Positions 1 through 9,028 are shown, numbered from the stretch's first letter. The stretch is 27,505 nucleotides of DNA from an uncultured Candidatus Saccharibacteria bacterium (GCA_964471025.1 CAYYES010000004.1:1-27505), one strand, 5' to 3'. The notes: a model not told the origin generated them from the letters alone. Program-made: numbers and translations.

Positions 1-2
1 TC

Positions 3-2852
3 TGTTTAACCGGATGCCCCGGATCTGAATTCATTCAATTATTGAAAAACGGACAAACCAAGGAAGCCCGCGAGCTCGTCCAGTTCTATATCGATGCATT
101 CGGCAAGGATCATGTATTCGTCGAGGTCATGTGCCACGAAGAAACGGGTTTTTACCGTGAATGGTACCAGCCACTCATTCCCGAAATGAAAAAAATTGCG
201 GGTGAATTCGGGTTATCCATGGTCGGAACATGGGATTCCCACTATTTGTGTGCGGATGACAACGAAGCCCATGATACGCTCTTGAAAATCAACACAGGCG
301 GAGATTCCATGAAAATGGACGGCAATTGGTCGTTCATCAATCAGAAACAAGCCTGCGAAGCGTTCCGCGACATTCCCGAAGCAATCGAGGGGACCAAAAA
401 AGTTGCGGATTTGGTGGACATTGAAATTGAACTGTCGCCTTGGCGATTTCCCGAACCGATCATCCCTGCAGGCAAAACATATGACGAAGTGCTGAAAGAA
501 AACGTACTGGCAGGCATTGCGGAAAAAGGCATGACCTACGACGGCGCCGTCAAAGACCGCATTGATTTCGAATTGGACGTCATCAAACAAAAAGGATTCT
601 CTTCGTATTTCATCGTGGAAGCCGACATGGTACGCGCTGCAACCGCGCGCAAAATTTATACCAACACTCGTGGTTCAGCCGCAGGTTCGTTCGTATCATT
701 CGCAACCGGCATTACCAACATTGATCCATTGAAATACAAACTGCCGTTCGAACGATTCTTGAACCCGTTGCGCCCCGGCATTCCCGACATCGATCTGGAC
801 ATTGCCGATAACCGCCGCGACGACTTGATTTCCTATTTGAAAGAACGCTATGGCGACAAATCCGTGGCACAGATCGGTACGTTCGGCACCATGATGGCCC
901 GCGGTGCGGTGCGCGATGTGGCCCGCGCGCTCGGTTATCCGTACGGGGTCGGTGATAAAATTTCAAAAATGATTCCCATGGGATCCCAGGGGTTTCCGAT
1001 GACGATCGATCATGCCATGGAAACGATCACGGAATTGTCTGCGGAATATGAAAACGACAACGCCGCACGCGAAATCATCGATATGGCGAAAAAAATCGAA
1101 GGTAACGTGCGCCATCTCGGGGTGCACGCAGCAGGCGTGATCATTGCCCCAACCGGCGATGTGACGGATTTTGCCCCGATCCAATACGACCCCAAGGGCG
1201 AAGGAAAAATCGTAACGCAATACGACATGTATTCCGGCGGACGCGACGGCGTGGTGAACTTGCCGAAATTCGACTTGCTCGGATTGCGCAACCTAAATTT
1301 CATCGCCGAAACGGTCGACCGCGTGAAAAAAATCCGCGGGATCGACATCGACATGGAAAAAATTCCGCTCGACGATGCCAAGGTGTTTGAAATGCTTTCC
1401 CGCGGCGAAACCATGGGCGTTTTCCAGATGGCCGGCGGCGGCATGACCAAATACATCAAGGACCTGCGTCCGACCAAAGTCGAGGACCTGATGGCCATGG
1501 TGGCGCTCTATCGCCCCGGGCCGATGGAAGTAATCCCCGAATACATCGAACGCAAGCGCAATCCGTCACTCGTCACCTATCCGGATCCGCGCCTGCGCGA
1601 CGACCTAGAAGCATCCTACGGGTTGCTGGTGTACCAAGACGACGTGTTGTTTACGGCCATCCGCCTGGCGGGATATTCATGGCTCGACGCCGACAAATTC
1701 CGCAAGGCCATGGGTAAAAAAATTCCTGAGGAAATGGCCAAGGAAAAAGAAAAATTCTACAAAGGCTGCAAGGAGATCGGCGGCCTGGACGAATCCACGA
1801 TCGACGGCATCTGGAAAAAAATCGAACCATTCGCCGCATACGGATTCAACAAGGCGCACGCCGCATCCTACGGAATGCTCGCGTATAAAACCGCATACCT
1901 GAAAGCAAACTATCCCGCCGAATACATGACGGCCTGCATGACGGCCGAATCCGGCGACATTGAAACCGTTTCGGAATACATCAGCGAAGCAAAAAAAATG
2001 GGGTTCAAGATTTTGCAGCCGGATATTAACGAGTCATTTAATGACTTTACGGTCGTGGTGGAAGAAGAAACAAATCCCCCTCTTCTAGGGGGGGAGCCAC
2101 GCGAAGCGGGCGGGGGGGTACGGATTACCAATAAAATCCGATTCGGACTGAAAAATATCAAAAATTTCGGCGAGGAAATCGGCAAGGCGATTACCACCGA
2201 ACGCAAAACCCGCGGTAAATTCACCAGCATCGAAAATTTCCTGGAACGCGTCATTCATCGCAACCTGAACAAAAAATCGATGGAGGCACTGATCATGTCA
2301 GGCGCGTTCGATTCGTTCGAGGAGCGCGGCAAATTGCTTGCCAACCTCGAGGACATGCTCGCGTTTAACAAGGAAATCGCCAAGGAATCCGGCGACCAAT
2401 TGGGATTGTTTGCGGGATTCGACGGCGCACCCAAAGCGCATTTCAAACTGCGCGATGCGGAACCGACACCAACAAAACAAAAATTGGCATGGGAAAAGGA
2501 ATTGCTCGGTCTGTATGTAACCGGGCACCCGCTTGAACAATATGCAGATCGCCTGGCCAGTGCGAAACTGACCATCCGCCAATTGCGCACGATGGAAAAT
2601 CCGCCACTTGAAACGGCAATCGCGGGCATCATCGAGGAATGCAAGGAAATTTATACTAAGGCGAAAAATGAAAAAATGGCGTTCCTGCGCATCGCAGACC
2701 TGACTGGATCGATCGAATGTGTGGTCTTCCCCCGTTCGTTTGAGGAATTCAAGAAGCTTTGCATGGTTGACCAACTGGTCATGATCAAGGGCAAACTGTC
2801 TGAACGCAACGACGAACGATCCATCATTATCGACAACATGCGAGCGCTCTAA
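3..2852 (+). CDS. dnaE: DNA polymerase III alpha subunit (5' end outside window)
   Basis: Frame is open from nt 3 (CLTGCPGSEF, PHP domain). Motifs include DSHY, RGSAAGS, PDIDLD, HAAGV, KFDLLGL, FNKAHAASY and a C-terminal OB-fold (RIADLTGSIECVVF). Confidence 0.97.
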   Translation, partial: CLTGCPGSEFIQLLKNGQTKEARELVQFYIDAFGKDHVFVEVMCHEETGFYREWYQPLIPEMKKIAGEFGLSMVGTWDSHYLCADDNEAHDTLLKINTGGDSMKMDGNWSFINQKQACEAFRDIPEAIEGTKKVADLVDIEIELSPWRFPEPIIPAGKTYDEVLKENVLAGIAEKGMTYDGAVKDRIDFELDVIKQKGFSSYFIVEADMVRAATARKIYTNTRGSAAGSFVSFATGITNIDPLKYKLPFERFLNPLRPGIPDIDLDIADNRRDDLISYLKERYGDKSVAQIGTFGTMMARGAVRDVARALGYPYGVGDKISKMIPMGSQGFPMTIDHAMETITELSAEYENDNAAREIIDMAKKIEGNVRHLGVHAAGVIIAPTGDVTDFAPIQYDPKGEGKIVTQYDMYSGGRDGVVNLPKFDLLGLRNLNFIAETVDRVKKIRGIDIDMEKIPLDDAKVFEMLSRGETMGVFQMAGGGMTKYIKDLRPTKVEDLMAMVALYRPGPMEVIPEYIERKRNPSLVTYPDPRLRDDLEASYGLLVYQDDVLFTAIRLAGYSWLDADKFRKAMGKKIPEEMAKEKEKFYKGCKEIGGLDESTIDGIWKKIEPFAAYGFNKAHAASYGMLAYKTAYLKANYPAEYMTACMTAESGDIETVSEYISEAKKMGFKILQPDINESFNDFTVVVEEETNPPLLGGEPREAGGGVRITNKIRFGLKNIKNFGEEIGKAITTERKTRGKFTSIENFLERVIHRNLNKKSMEALIMSGAFDSFEERGKLLANLEDMLAFNKEIAKESGDQLGLFAGFDGAPKAHFKLRDAEPTPTKQKLAWEKELLGLYVTGHPLEQYADRLASAKLTIRQLRTMENPPLETAIAGIIEECKEIYTKAKNEKMAFLRIADLTGSIECVVFPRSFEEFKKLCMVDQLVMIKGKLSERNDERSIIIDNMRAL
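2075..2119. repeat. Palindromic element family B, long variant, in frame inside dnaE (encodes PPLLGGEPREAGGG)
   Basis: TCCCCCTCT-tct-AGGGGGGGA hairpin, then a GCCACGCGAAGCGGGC hairpin and GGGGGGGT. The core hairpin matches the copies at 9029 and 11010. Confidence 0.8.
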
Positions 2853-2869
2853 CCCCAACTGGGGTTTTT
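2851..2869 (+). terminator. Probable intrinsic terminator of dnaE
   Basis: AACCCC-aact-GGGGTT followed by a T run, directly at the stop codon. Confidence 0.5.
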
Positions 2870-2932
2870 GCGTTCCAGGACACCCTGCGCGATTGATTCC
2901 AATTCTATCCTTGGATGTGGTAGGATTTCCCT

Positions 2933-3436
2933 ATGGAACACGAAAAAATGCCTCGCCACACCCGTAAACCTCTGGATGTTGTTGCTGCTCATATCGCAGA
3001 ACACGCCACAATCCGCGAGGCGGACCTTATGGTGTCGCGATATTTGAAAACGCGCAGCGCAGAACTGGCGCAGGCAGGCGAACACGGTGCAAGCATCCTC
3101 CTTGAACATCTGCGCGAAAAAATAGAAAAGGAAATCGAATTGATGGATACGCTTCAGAGCATGGCAGCCGTGGGCGTCGAACGCACCATCGTGCACGGCG
3201 AGGATGATGAACAGCAGGATGACCCCATGATCATGGAAACTGCCGTCTTGAAACCGCGCGCGGGCGAATCCTCGGTCAACCTGGAAGCCGTCCGCGGACT
3301 GCTCGAGGATGTGCACCGCGCTCGTCTGTTTTTAGAGGAAGAAATCGAGGAACACTATCCCGAGGAAGCGCGGCTCATCAACCATCAGCTCCGCAACCAA
3401 CCGGATCTCGGCCAGATGCCGAAAAATCTCAACTAA
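2933..3436 (+). CDS. Hypothetical protein (167 aa, acidic, helical)
   Basis: ORF with TGgTAGGAT -10 box 6 nt before the ATG and host-like composition. No recognised motif. Confidence 0.7.
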   Translation: MEHEKMPRHTRKPLDVVAAHIAEHATIREADLMVSRYLKTRSAELAQAGEHGASILLEHLREKIEKEIELMDTLQSMAAVGVERTIVHGEDDEQQDDPMIMETAVLKPRAGESSVNLEAVRGLLEDVHRARLFLEEEIEEHYPEEARLINHQLRNQPDLGQMPKNLN

Positions 3437-3458
3437 AAAAGCAGCGACAAGCGCTGCT
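3435..3458 (-). terminator. Terminator between convergent genes
   Basis: AAAAAA-GCAGCG-acaag-CGCTGC, giving a U-tract on the minus strand. Confidence 0.55.
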
Positions 3459-3497
3459 GTATTGGGTGTATGATTCGCGAAAGATTTAATCCTATCT

Positions 3498-3926
3498 TTA
3501 TTTAAGAAAAATTCTTTTAAAATCAAAATTATTACCGCTAGTTTTAGTGCCTTCTAAACATTTAATCTTATCACCAAATGTCAAAAGCATGTCTGAATTT
3601 GAATAGGTAATTATTATTAGTACATCATTCTTGCTCCCAATCTGTCCTGAGATTTCAGTAGTTAACGCATTAATAATTTTTTTCGGTGTGTCTAACCCTA
3701 CAATTCCAGGCTTCGCAAAGGATTTTAAATTACCTGCAGGTAAAGGAAGAAACTGTATTAACGTTTCAGCAAGAGCCAAGGGGCCGACTGAGCGAGATGC
3801 AAGAATCCCGCATTTGCCATACTTTGCCTTTGGCAATACTTTCTTAATTAATGCTCCGAATTCCATCATATTACCCTGATTGAATTCGAAATCTGTGCTT
3901 ACAAGAAATAGTAATATCTTTTTCAT
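3498..3926 (-). CDS. Hypothetical protein (142 aa), AT-rich
   Basis: Long ORF in AT-rich DNA, with an A-rich leader and a downstream terminator. No recognised family. Confidence 0.65.
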   Translation of the reverse strand: MKKILLFLVSTDFEFNQGNMMEFGALIKKVLPKAKYGKCGILASRSVGPLALAETLIQFLPLPAGNLKSFAKPGIVGLDTPKKIINALTTEISGQIGSKNDVLIIITYSNSDMLLTFGDKIKCLEGTKTSGNNFDFKRIFLK

Positions 3927-4018
3927 TTTATTTTTATTTTTTAAAGCAAATCATATTTTTTATAAGAAGTCAACCCCCCTCCCCAATTCCCCTTATAAAT
4001 GCTATAGTTTCCCAATCT

Positions 4019-5785
4019 ATGGAACCTGAAAAGCTTTCTCATATGCGCCACACGCTCGCCCATTTATTGGCGCAGGCAGTAATCGAAAAATATCCCAACG
4101 CACAGCTGACGCTCGGCCCTGCCGTCGACAATGGTTTTTACTATGACATTGATTTCATCGACGCAAAGGTTTCAGATGACGATTTGAAGGAATTCCAGAC
4201 ATCCATGCGCAAAAACTTGAAAAAATGGACGGAATTCACCCACCGCGAAGTTTCACGCGACGAGGCATTAGAATTTTTCAAGGGAAATCCATACAAGAAA
4301 GAATTGATCAATGAAATCGCGGAACGCGGCGAAGCCATCACGCTCTACACCTGCGGAGGATTTACCGATCTTTGCCGCGGAGGTCACCTTGAAAATCCTG
4401 CAGCAGAAATTTCTGCAGATTCATTCAAGCTGGATCGCATTGCCGGCGCGTATTGGCGCGGCGACGAGAAAAATAAAATGTTGACCCGCATTTACGGACT
4501 GGCGTTTGAGTCCGTAGAAAAATTAGATGACTACTTGAAACAACGTGAAGAAGCCGAAAAACGAGACCACCGCAAATTGGGCAAGGAACTTGATTTGTTC
4601 ATCTTTTCCGATGTTGTCGGCAAGGGGCTGCCGTTGTGGACCGAAAAAGGAGCAACAATCCGCCGCGAATTGGAGCGGTTTATCGTTGACGAAGAATTGA
4701 AACGTAACTACAAACACGTTTATACTCCGGACATTGCAAAGTTAGACCTTTATCGAAAGTCGGGACATTATCCGTACTACAAGGAATCCATGTACGCGCC
4801 GATTGTCATCGATGACGAGGAATTTATGCTGCGTCCGATGACCTGCCCGCACCATTTCGAATTGTATTTATCTAAACCGCGCAGCTACCGCGAACTGCCC
4901 ATGCGCATCGGCGAATTGGCGAAATTGTACCGCTATGAGCAGTCAGGTGAATTGTCAGGATTGCTCCGCGTGCGCGGATTCTGCCTGGCTGATGCGCACA
5001 TCATTTGCAAGGATGCCGAACAAGCGGGATCCGAAGTAAATGGCGCGCTCGATTTGATTGAATACGTCTGCGCCGTGTTCGGATTAAAACCTGGAACAGA
5101 TTTCTGGTATCGCCTATCACTCGGCGATCGCGCCAATACTGAAAAGTATTACGACGATCCGCACGCATGGGATATCGCCGAAAACGAACTCCGCAAAGTG
5201 CTTCAAGCACGCGGTGTTCGCTTCGAAGAAGCAGCTGCCGAAGCCGCATTCTACGGACCAAAAATCGACATTCAGATGCGTGACGTCCGTGGCAAGGATA
5301 ACACCGCGTTCACGGTTCAGTATGATTTCGTCATGCCAAAACGATTCAAATTGAATTACACCGATTCGGATGGACAAGAAAAAGAAGCAATCGTGGTGCA
5401 CCGCTCATCAATCGGCGCGATCGAACGCGTCGTAGCATTCCTCATCGAGCATTGGGGCGGCAACATGCCAACCTGGTTATCACCGACGCAGGTTGCGGTC
5501 GTTCCGGTAAACGCTGAAAAGCACGGCACCTACGCAGCAGACTTGGCAAAACGATTGAAAGACTGGAACATTCGCACGGATTTCATGGACGACAACGATT
5601 CCATGGGCAAAAAAGTCCGCCGCGCGAAAAACGAACGCATCCCCTACACCATCATCGTCGGCGACAAGGACATCGAGACTAACATGGTGACCGTTGAAAA
5701 ACGAGGCGTGGAACAAGGAGAGCAAATGACATTTGACGATTTCAAGGAAAAAGTGTTGAAGGAAATCAGGGAACGCAGTTTATAA
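4019..5785 (+). CDS. thrS: Threonine--tRNA ligase (short form lacking the N-terminal TGS domain)
   Basis: HTLAHLLAQAV and DLCRGGH editing domain, GAYWRGDEKN, RDHRKLG, RPMTCPHH, FYGPKID, and the anticodon-binding domain. Confidence 0.97.
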   Translation: MEPEKLSHMRHTLAHLLAQAVIEKYPNAQLTLGPAVDNGFYYDIDFIDAKVSDDDLKEFQTSMRKNLKKWTEFTHREVSRDEALEFFKGNPYKKELINEIAERGEAITLYTCGGFTDLCRGGHLENPAAEISADSFKLDRIAGAYWRGDEKNKMLTRIYGLAFESVEKLDDYLKQREEAEKRDHRKLGKELDLFIFSDVVGKGLPLWTEKGATIRRELERFIVDEELKRNYKHVYTPDIAKLDLYRKSGHYPYYKESMYAPIVIDDEEFMLRPMTCPHHFELYLSKPRSYRELPMRIGELAKLYRYEQSGELSGLLRVRGFCLADAHIICKDAEQAGSEVNGALDLIEYVCAVFGLKPGTDFWYRLSLGDRANTEKYYDDPHAWDIAENELRKVLQARGVRFEEAAAEAAFYGPKIDIQMRDVRGKDNTAFTVQYDFVMPKRFKLNYTDSDGQEKEAIVVHRSSIGAIERVVAFLIEHWGGNMPTWLSPTQVAVVPVNAEKHGTYAADLAKRLKDWNIRTDFMDDNDSMGKKVRRAKNERIPYTIIVGDKDIETNMVTVEKRGVEQGEQMTFDDFKEKVLKEIRERSL

Positions 5786-5786
5786 T

Positions 5787-5810
5787 AAAAAAGCCCTTTG
5801 GGTTTTTTAT
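5787..5810. terminator. Bidirectional terminator between thrS and the convergent gene
   Basis: AAAAAAGCCC-ttt-GGGTTTTTT. Confidence 0.55.
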
Positions 5811-6244
5811 TTGTCGAGATAAATTATTTCAATTCCTAATTCCTTGGCTCGATCGTGTTCCCATGTCGCCCCAATGGATGATTGCCAGTCCGGTATGAAA
5901 TAAAATTTCTTGATTTTTCCTGTTTTGAAAAGTGGCAAATAGAATCCTTCTAAAATAACCATTTTGTCGCCACCGGATTGATCATAAAAGTATTTAATCT
6001 TTTCTTGGAATGGCATCTGATCAAACATTGCATTCCCTTCCTCGTAGCGTTCATCAATAACTTTCTGGAATCGTTCCAAGTTTTTCTCTCGGGAACCCAG
6101 CCCGCCACTTCCGATAGGGCCGGTAACCATTCCAATGTCACCATCTATCATATTTAATAACTTGAGCGCAAAATCTCTCATTTCTTCTACGGAAGCTACT
6201 TGCGATAATTCTTGAGCAAGATTTTCTGTCCAATAGCGTTTCAT
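5807..6244 (-). CDS. Hypothetical protein, DUF4406 / nucleoside 2-deoxyribosyltransferase-like fold
   Basis: VTGPIGSGG...NLERF...FDQMP...FIPDWQSSIGATWEHDRAKELGIEIIY resembles the DUF4406 pattern (GP..G; W..S.GA..E...A..LG). Family recognised by eye only. Confidence 0.55.
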   Translation of the reverse strand: MKRYWTENLAQELSQVASVEEMRDFALKLLNMIDGDIGMVTGPIGSGGLGSREKNLERFQKVIDERYEEGNAMFDQMPFQEKIKYFYDQSGGDKMVILEGFYLPLFKTGKIKKFYFIPDWQSSIGATWEHDRAKELGIEIIYLDK

Positions 6245-6309
6245 ATAATTCGAACCTTATCATCCGATTACGTATTTTGCAACAAAAATTTATGGTATAC
6301 TTGCTCCAT

Positions 6310-6504
6310 ATGAAAAACAACAACCTCTACAACCTGATGACCCAGTTGACCCAGGAAGCCCGATCATTGTGGCGCATTAAAAACGACTACATGAAAGACG
6401 CTGGTAAATCCAAGGAATTGAAAGCATTCTGGACAGAAATTGCATTGGAAAAGGAAGCATTGATCGCAGATCTCAAGAAGGTTATTGCGGTAGAAATGGA
6501 CTAG
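6310..6504 (+). CDS. Small helical protein (64 aa), possibly a ferritin-like half-bundle
   Basis: ATG at 6310 follows TGgTATACT (6293-6301). Sequence begins NLYNLMTQLTQEARSLWRIKNDYMKDA. The family call is tentative. Confidence 0.65.
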   Translation: MKNNNLYNLMTQLTQEARSLWRIKNDYMKDAGKSKELKAFWTEIALEKEALIADLKKVIAVEMD

Positions 6505-6532
6505 AAGAACATAGAACAAAGAACTTAGAACG
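6505..6532 (+). repeat. Heptamer array AAGAACA-TAGAACA-AAGAACT-TAGAACG
   Basis: Four tandem WAGAACN units. The innermost units overlap the S-F-stop codons of the four-helix gene. Confidence 0.9.
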
Positions 6533-6896
6533 AGTGTCCCATCGCCTTGCGCATAAATACGGTTAAAAGCTTTGCCACCTCGGTAAGGCTTTTTTCTAAT
6601 TCATCATGAACTCCCGACTTGATATATCCCAAATCTCTAGCAACCAAAATCTGACTTAAACATTCCATGGTTGATGCTTTTGCCATTAGATAAAATCTAC
6701 ATTTATCTTTTGCTGTACGCATCGTAAACCTTTCGGCAATATTTGAAACAATTGAAACTGAAGCTCTTTGTAGCTGATTAGAAAGGGCAAATCTTTCTTC
6801 CTGGGGAAAACTTTTTGTAATTTTATAAACAAAAAGCACAGCGTTGTGTGCTTTTTGCCAAACTACCAAATCTTTAAAAGTTCGTATTTCGCTCAT
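6525..6896 (-). CDS. Four helix bundle protein (23S rRNA intervening-sequence protein / Avd-like family)
   Basis: FKDLVVWQKA...YKITKSFPQEERFALSNQLQRASVSIVSNIAE...RFYLMAKAS..E..SQI..A.DLGY, the family signature. Confidence 0.92.
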   Translation of the reverse strand: MSEIRTFKDLVVWQKAHNAVLFVYKITKSFPQEERFALSNQLQRASVSIVSNIAERFTMRTAKDKCRFYLMAKASTMECLSQILVARDLGYIKSGVHDELEKSLTEVAKLLTVFMRKAMGHSF

Positions 6897-6918
6897 TAGC
6901 TAAATTATACCAACTCCT

Positions 6919-6945
6919 TGTTCTTTGTTCTAGTTCTCTGTTCTT
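6919..6945 (-). repeat. Heptamer array inverted relative to 6505-6532
   Basis: TGTTCTT-TGTTCTA-GTTCTC-TGTTCTT. Positions 6920-6932 are the exact reverse complement of 6512-6524. Confidence 0.9.
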
Positions 6946-9009
6946 TTAAATATCCAACTCCACCATCTTCGCATTGCTCTGGATAAACGATTTGCGCACC
7001 GACACGTCGTTCCCCATCAGCATGTCAAACGTTTTGTCGGCATCAATGGCATCATCGATGGTAACCTGTTTCAAGATGCGTCGCGCAGGATCCATAGTCG
7101 TTTCCCACAATTCCTCGGCGTTCATTTCACCGAGACCCTTGTAGCGCTGGACTGAAATCTTGGCAGACTTTTTGGCCTTTGCCTTGGTATCGGATTCGTC
7201 GGATTCTTCATCAGTTTCCTCGACAGAATCGTCAGCACCGGCCACTTCGCCACCCATGGCCTTGATGACCTTTTCTTTTTCCTCGTCGGAAAACGCATAG
7301 GCAACCTCCTTGCCTTTCTTGATTTTGTACAGCGGCGGCTGCGCGATATACAGATATCCCGCATCAATCACGGGACGCAGATAGCGATAAAACAGCGTCA
7401 GCAGAAGCGTGCGGATGTGCGCACCGTCGACGTCGGCATCGGTTGCAATCACGATTTTGTGATAGCGGATTTTTGAAATATCAAACGTTTCACCGATTGA
7501 TGTTCCTAATGCGATGACGATTGATTTAATTTCCTCGTTCGCAACCATTTTATCCAATCGTGCGCGTTCAACATTGAGCGGCTTACCCTTGAGCGGCAGG
7601 ATCGCCTGCGTTTTCTTGTCGCGGCCTTGTTTAGCCGTTCCCCCTGCCGAGTCTCCCTCTACGATAAATATTTCTGAATCCTCGGAATCCTTGGACTGGC
7701 AGTCAGCCAGTTTGCCCGGCAATGTGAATCCTTCCAGTGCACCCTTGCGCAGAATCGAATCCTTGGCAGCTTTGGCGGCCTTGCGCGCGCGCAGGGCGAG
7801 CACGGCCTTGTTAATGATGGCTTTGGCATCATCAGGATTTTCCTCAAGGAATGCTCCGAATGCTTCGGCAAACACGCTTTCTACGGCACCCTTGGCTTCA
7901 GGTGATCCCAATTTCGCCTTGGTCTGGCCTTCGAACTGGATTTCAGGCATTTTAACCGTCACCACGGCCGTCAAACCTTCCAGTACATCAGAGCCATCAA
8001 ACGATTCACCGTCCTTCAAAACTTTTTTCTCTTTGTTATAGCTGTTGATCAAACGCGTGAGCGCCGTCTTGAAGCCCGTCAGATGCATGCCGCCCTCGGG
8101 CGTTGAAATATTATTCGCAAACGGAACGATGCGCGATTGAATATCATCGACGTACTGCAGTGCGATTTCGACATTGATGTCACCCGCATTTTTGTCCACG
8201 TGGAAAATCTTGTCCTGAACGGCTTTTTGATTCTGGTTCAAGGAACGCACCATCGAAACGAGGCCTCCCTCGAAATAGAAGCTGAACGATGGTACTTCGT
8301 AACCCAATTCCATCATGTAGGTTTCGTTGTCCAAATTGATTTTGCCCGCATAGTCGCGCGCGTCCACCACCACGATTTTCAATTTTTTGCACAAGTATGC
8401 CTGTTCGCGCAAACGGTCCACGACGCGCTGGAAGTTGAATTTGACCTCCTTGAAAATTTCCACATCCGGTTCAAACGTAATCACGGTTCCGGTCTGTTTC
8501 GTTTTCGCAACGGCTTTTACCTTCGCCTTGGGTTTGCCCTGCGAATATTCCTGCATGTGCACTTGGCCTTCCTTGTGAACCTCGGCCTTCATGAAAATGG
8601 ACAAGGCGTTCACGACCGATGAACCCACGCCGTGCAAACCTCCGGAAACTTTGTAACCTGATCCCTCGCCGCCGAACTTACCGCCGGCGTGGAGCACGGT
8701 CAAAATGGTTTCGAGTGCCGAAACTTTGGTTTTGGGATGAATGTCAACGGGAATACCGCGTCCGTTGTCAACGACGCGGATGCGGTTGCCGGGAAGCAGT
8801 GCTACCTCGATATGGTCGGCGTGTCCGCCCATGGCTTCGTCGCGGGAGTTGTCGAAAATTTCCCAGATCAGGTGGTGCAAGCCGTCTGGACCAGTGGAAC
8901 CGATATACATTCCGGGTCGTTTGCGCACGGGATCAAGGCCCTCGAGGACCGTAATCGATTCAGCCCCGTAGGAGCCCGATTTTTTCGTTTTTTCAGTGTC
9001 TTTGGCCAT
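6946..9009 (-). CDS. gyrB: DNA gyrase subunit B
   Basis: VRKRPGMYIGS, LHAGGKF, GGLHGVG, toprim VEGDSAGG and TDADVDGAHI, QRYKGLGEM, and a C-terminal LDI. Confidence 0.96.
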   Translation of the reverse strand: MAKDTEKTKKSGSYGAESITVLEGLDPVRKRPGMYIGSTGPDGLHHLIWEIFDNSRDEAMGGHADHIEVALLPGNRIRVVDNGRGIPVDIHPKTKVSALETILTVLHAGGKFGGEGSGYKVSGGLHGVGSSVVNALSIFMKAEVHKEGQVHMQEYSQGKPKAKVKAVAKTKQTGTVITFEPDVEIFKEVKFNFQRVVDRLREQAYLCKKLKIVVVDARDYAGKINLDNETYMMELGYEVPSFSFYFEGGLVSMVRSLNQNQKAVQDKIFHVDKNAGDINVEIALQYVDDIQSRIVPFANNISTPEGGMHLTGFKTALTRLINSYNKEKKVLKDGESFDGSDVLEGLTAVVTVKMPEIQFEGQTKAKLGSPEAKGAVESVFAEAFGAFLEENPDDAKAIINKAVLALRARKAAKAAKDSILRKGALEGFTLPGKLADCQSKDSEDSEIFIVEGDSAGGTAKQGRDKKTQAILPLKGKPLNVERARLDKMVANEEIKSIVIALGTSIGETFDISKIRYHKIVIATDADVDGAHIRTLLLTLFYRYLRPVIDAGYLYIAQPPLYKIKKGKEVAYAFSDEEKEKVIKAMGGEVAGADDSVEETDEESDESDTKAKAKKSAKISVQRYKGLGEMNAEELWETTMDPARRILKQVTIDDAIDADKTFDMLMGNDVSVRKSFIQSNAKMVELDI

Positions 9010-9028
9010 AGGATTTAAGTGCCCGATT

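Larger units (their letters stand above)
6505..6945 (-). mobile_element. Candidate cassette: four-helix-bundle gene flanked by inverted heptamer arrays
   Basis: Spans exactly from the TAG at 6502-6504 to the gyrB TAA at 6946-6948. Termini are inverted (WAGAACN)x4 arrays and the interior is AT-richer than gyrB. Mobility is inferred. Confidence 0.55.

Noticed and set aside
42-2852. Intein in DnaE or GyrB
   Set aside because: Lengths are normal and there are no C/S…HN splice motifs. The only DnaE insertion noticed is the short palindromic one.
3972-3994. C-rich tract upstream of thrS as a fourth family B copy
   Set aside because: Only C-runs are present with no complementary arm. It may be a remnant but is not supportable.
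6505-6945. Diversity-generating retroelement (Avd-like gene)
   Set aside because: No reverse transcriptase and no template/variable repeat pair with adenine-specific mismatches in the window.
6505-6945. CRISPR array
   Set aside because: The repeats are contiguous 7-mers without spacers and there are no cas genes. The Cys-containing nuclease at 22917 is a helicase fusion, not Cas4 in a CRISPR context.
7160-7260. Acidic/Lys-rich insertion in GyrB (ADDSVEETDEESDESDTKAKAKK)
   Set aside because: Low-complexity loop with no palindrome and no intein motifs. Variable-length inserts are known at this GyrB position.
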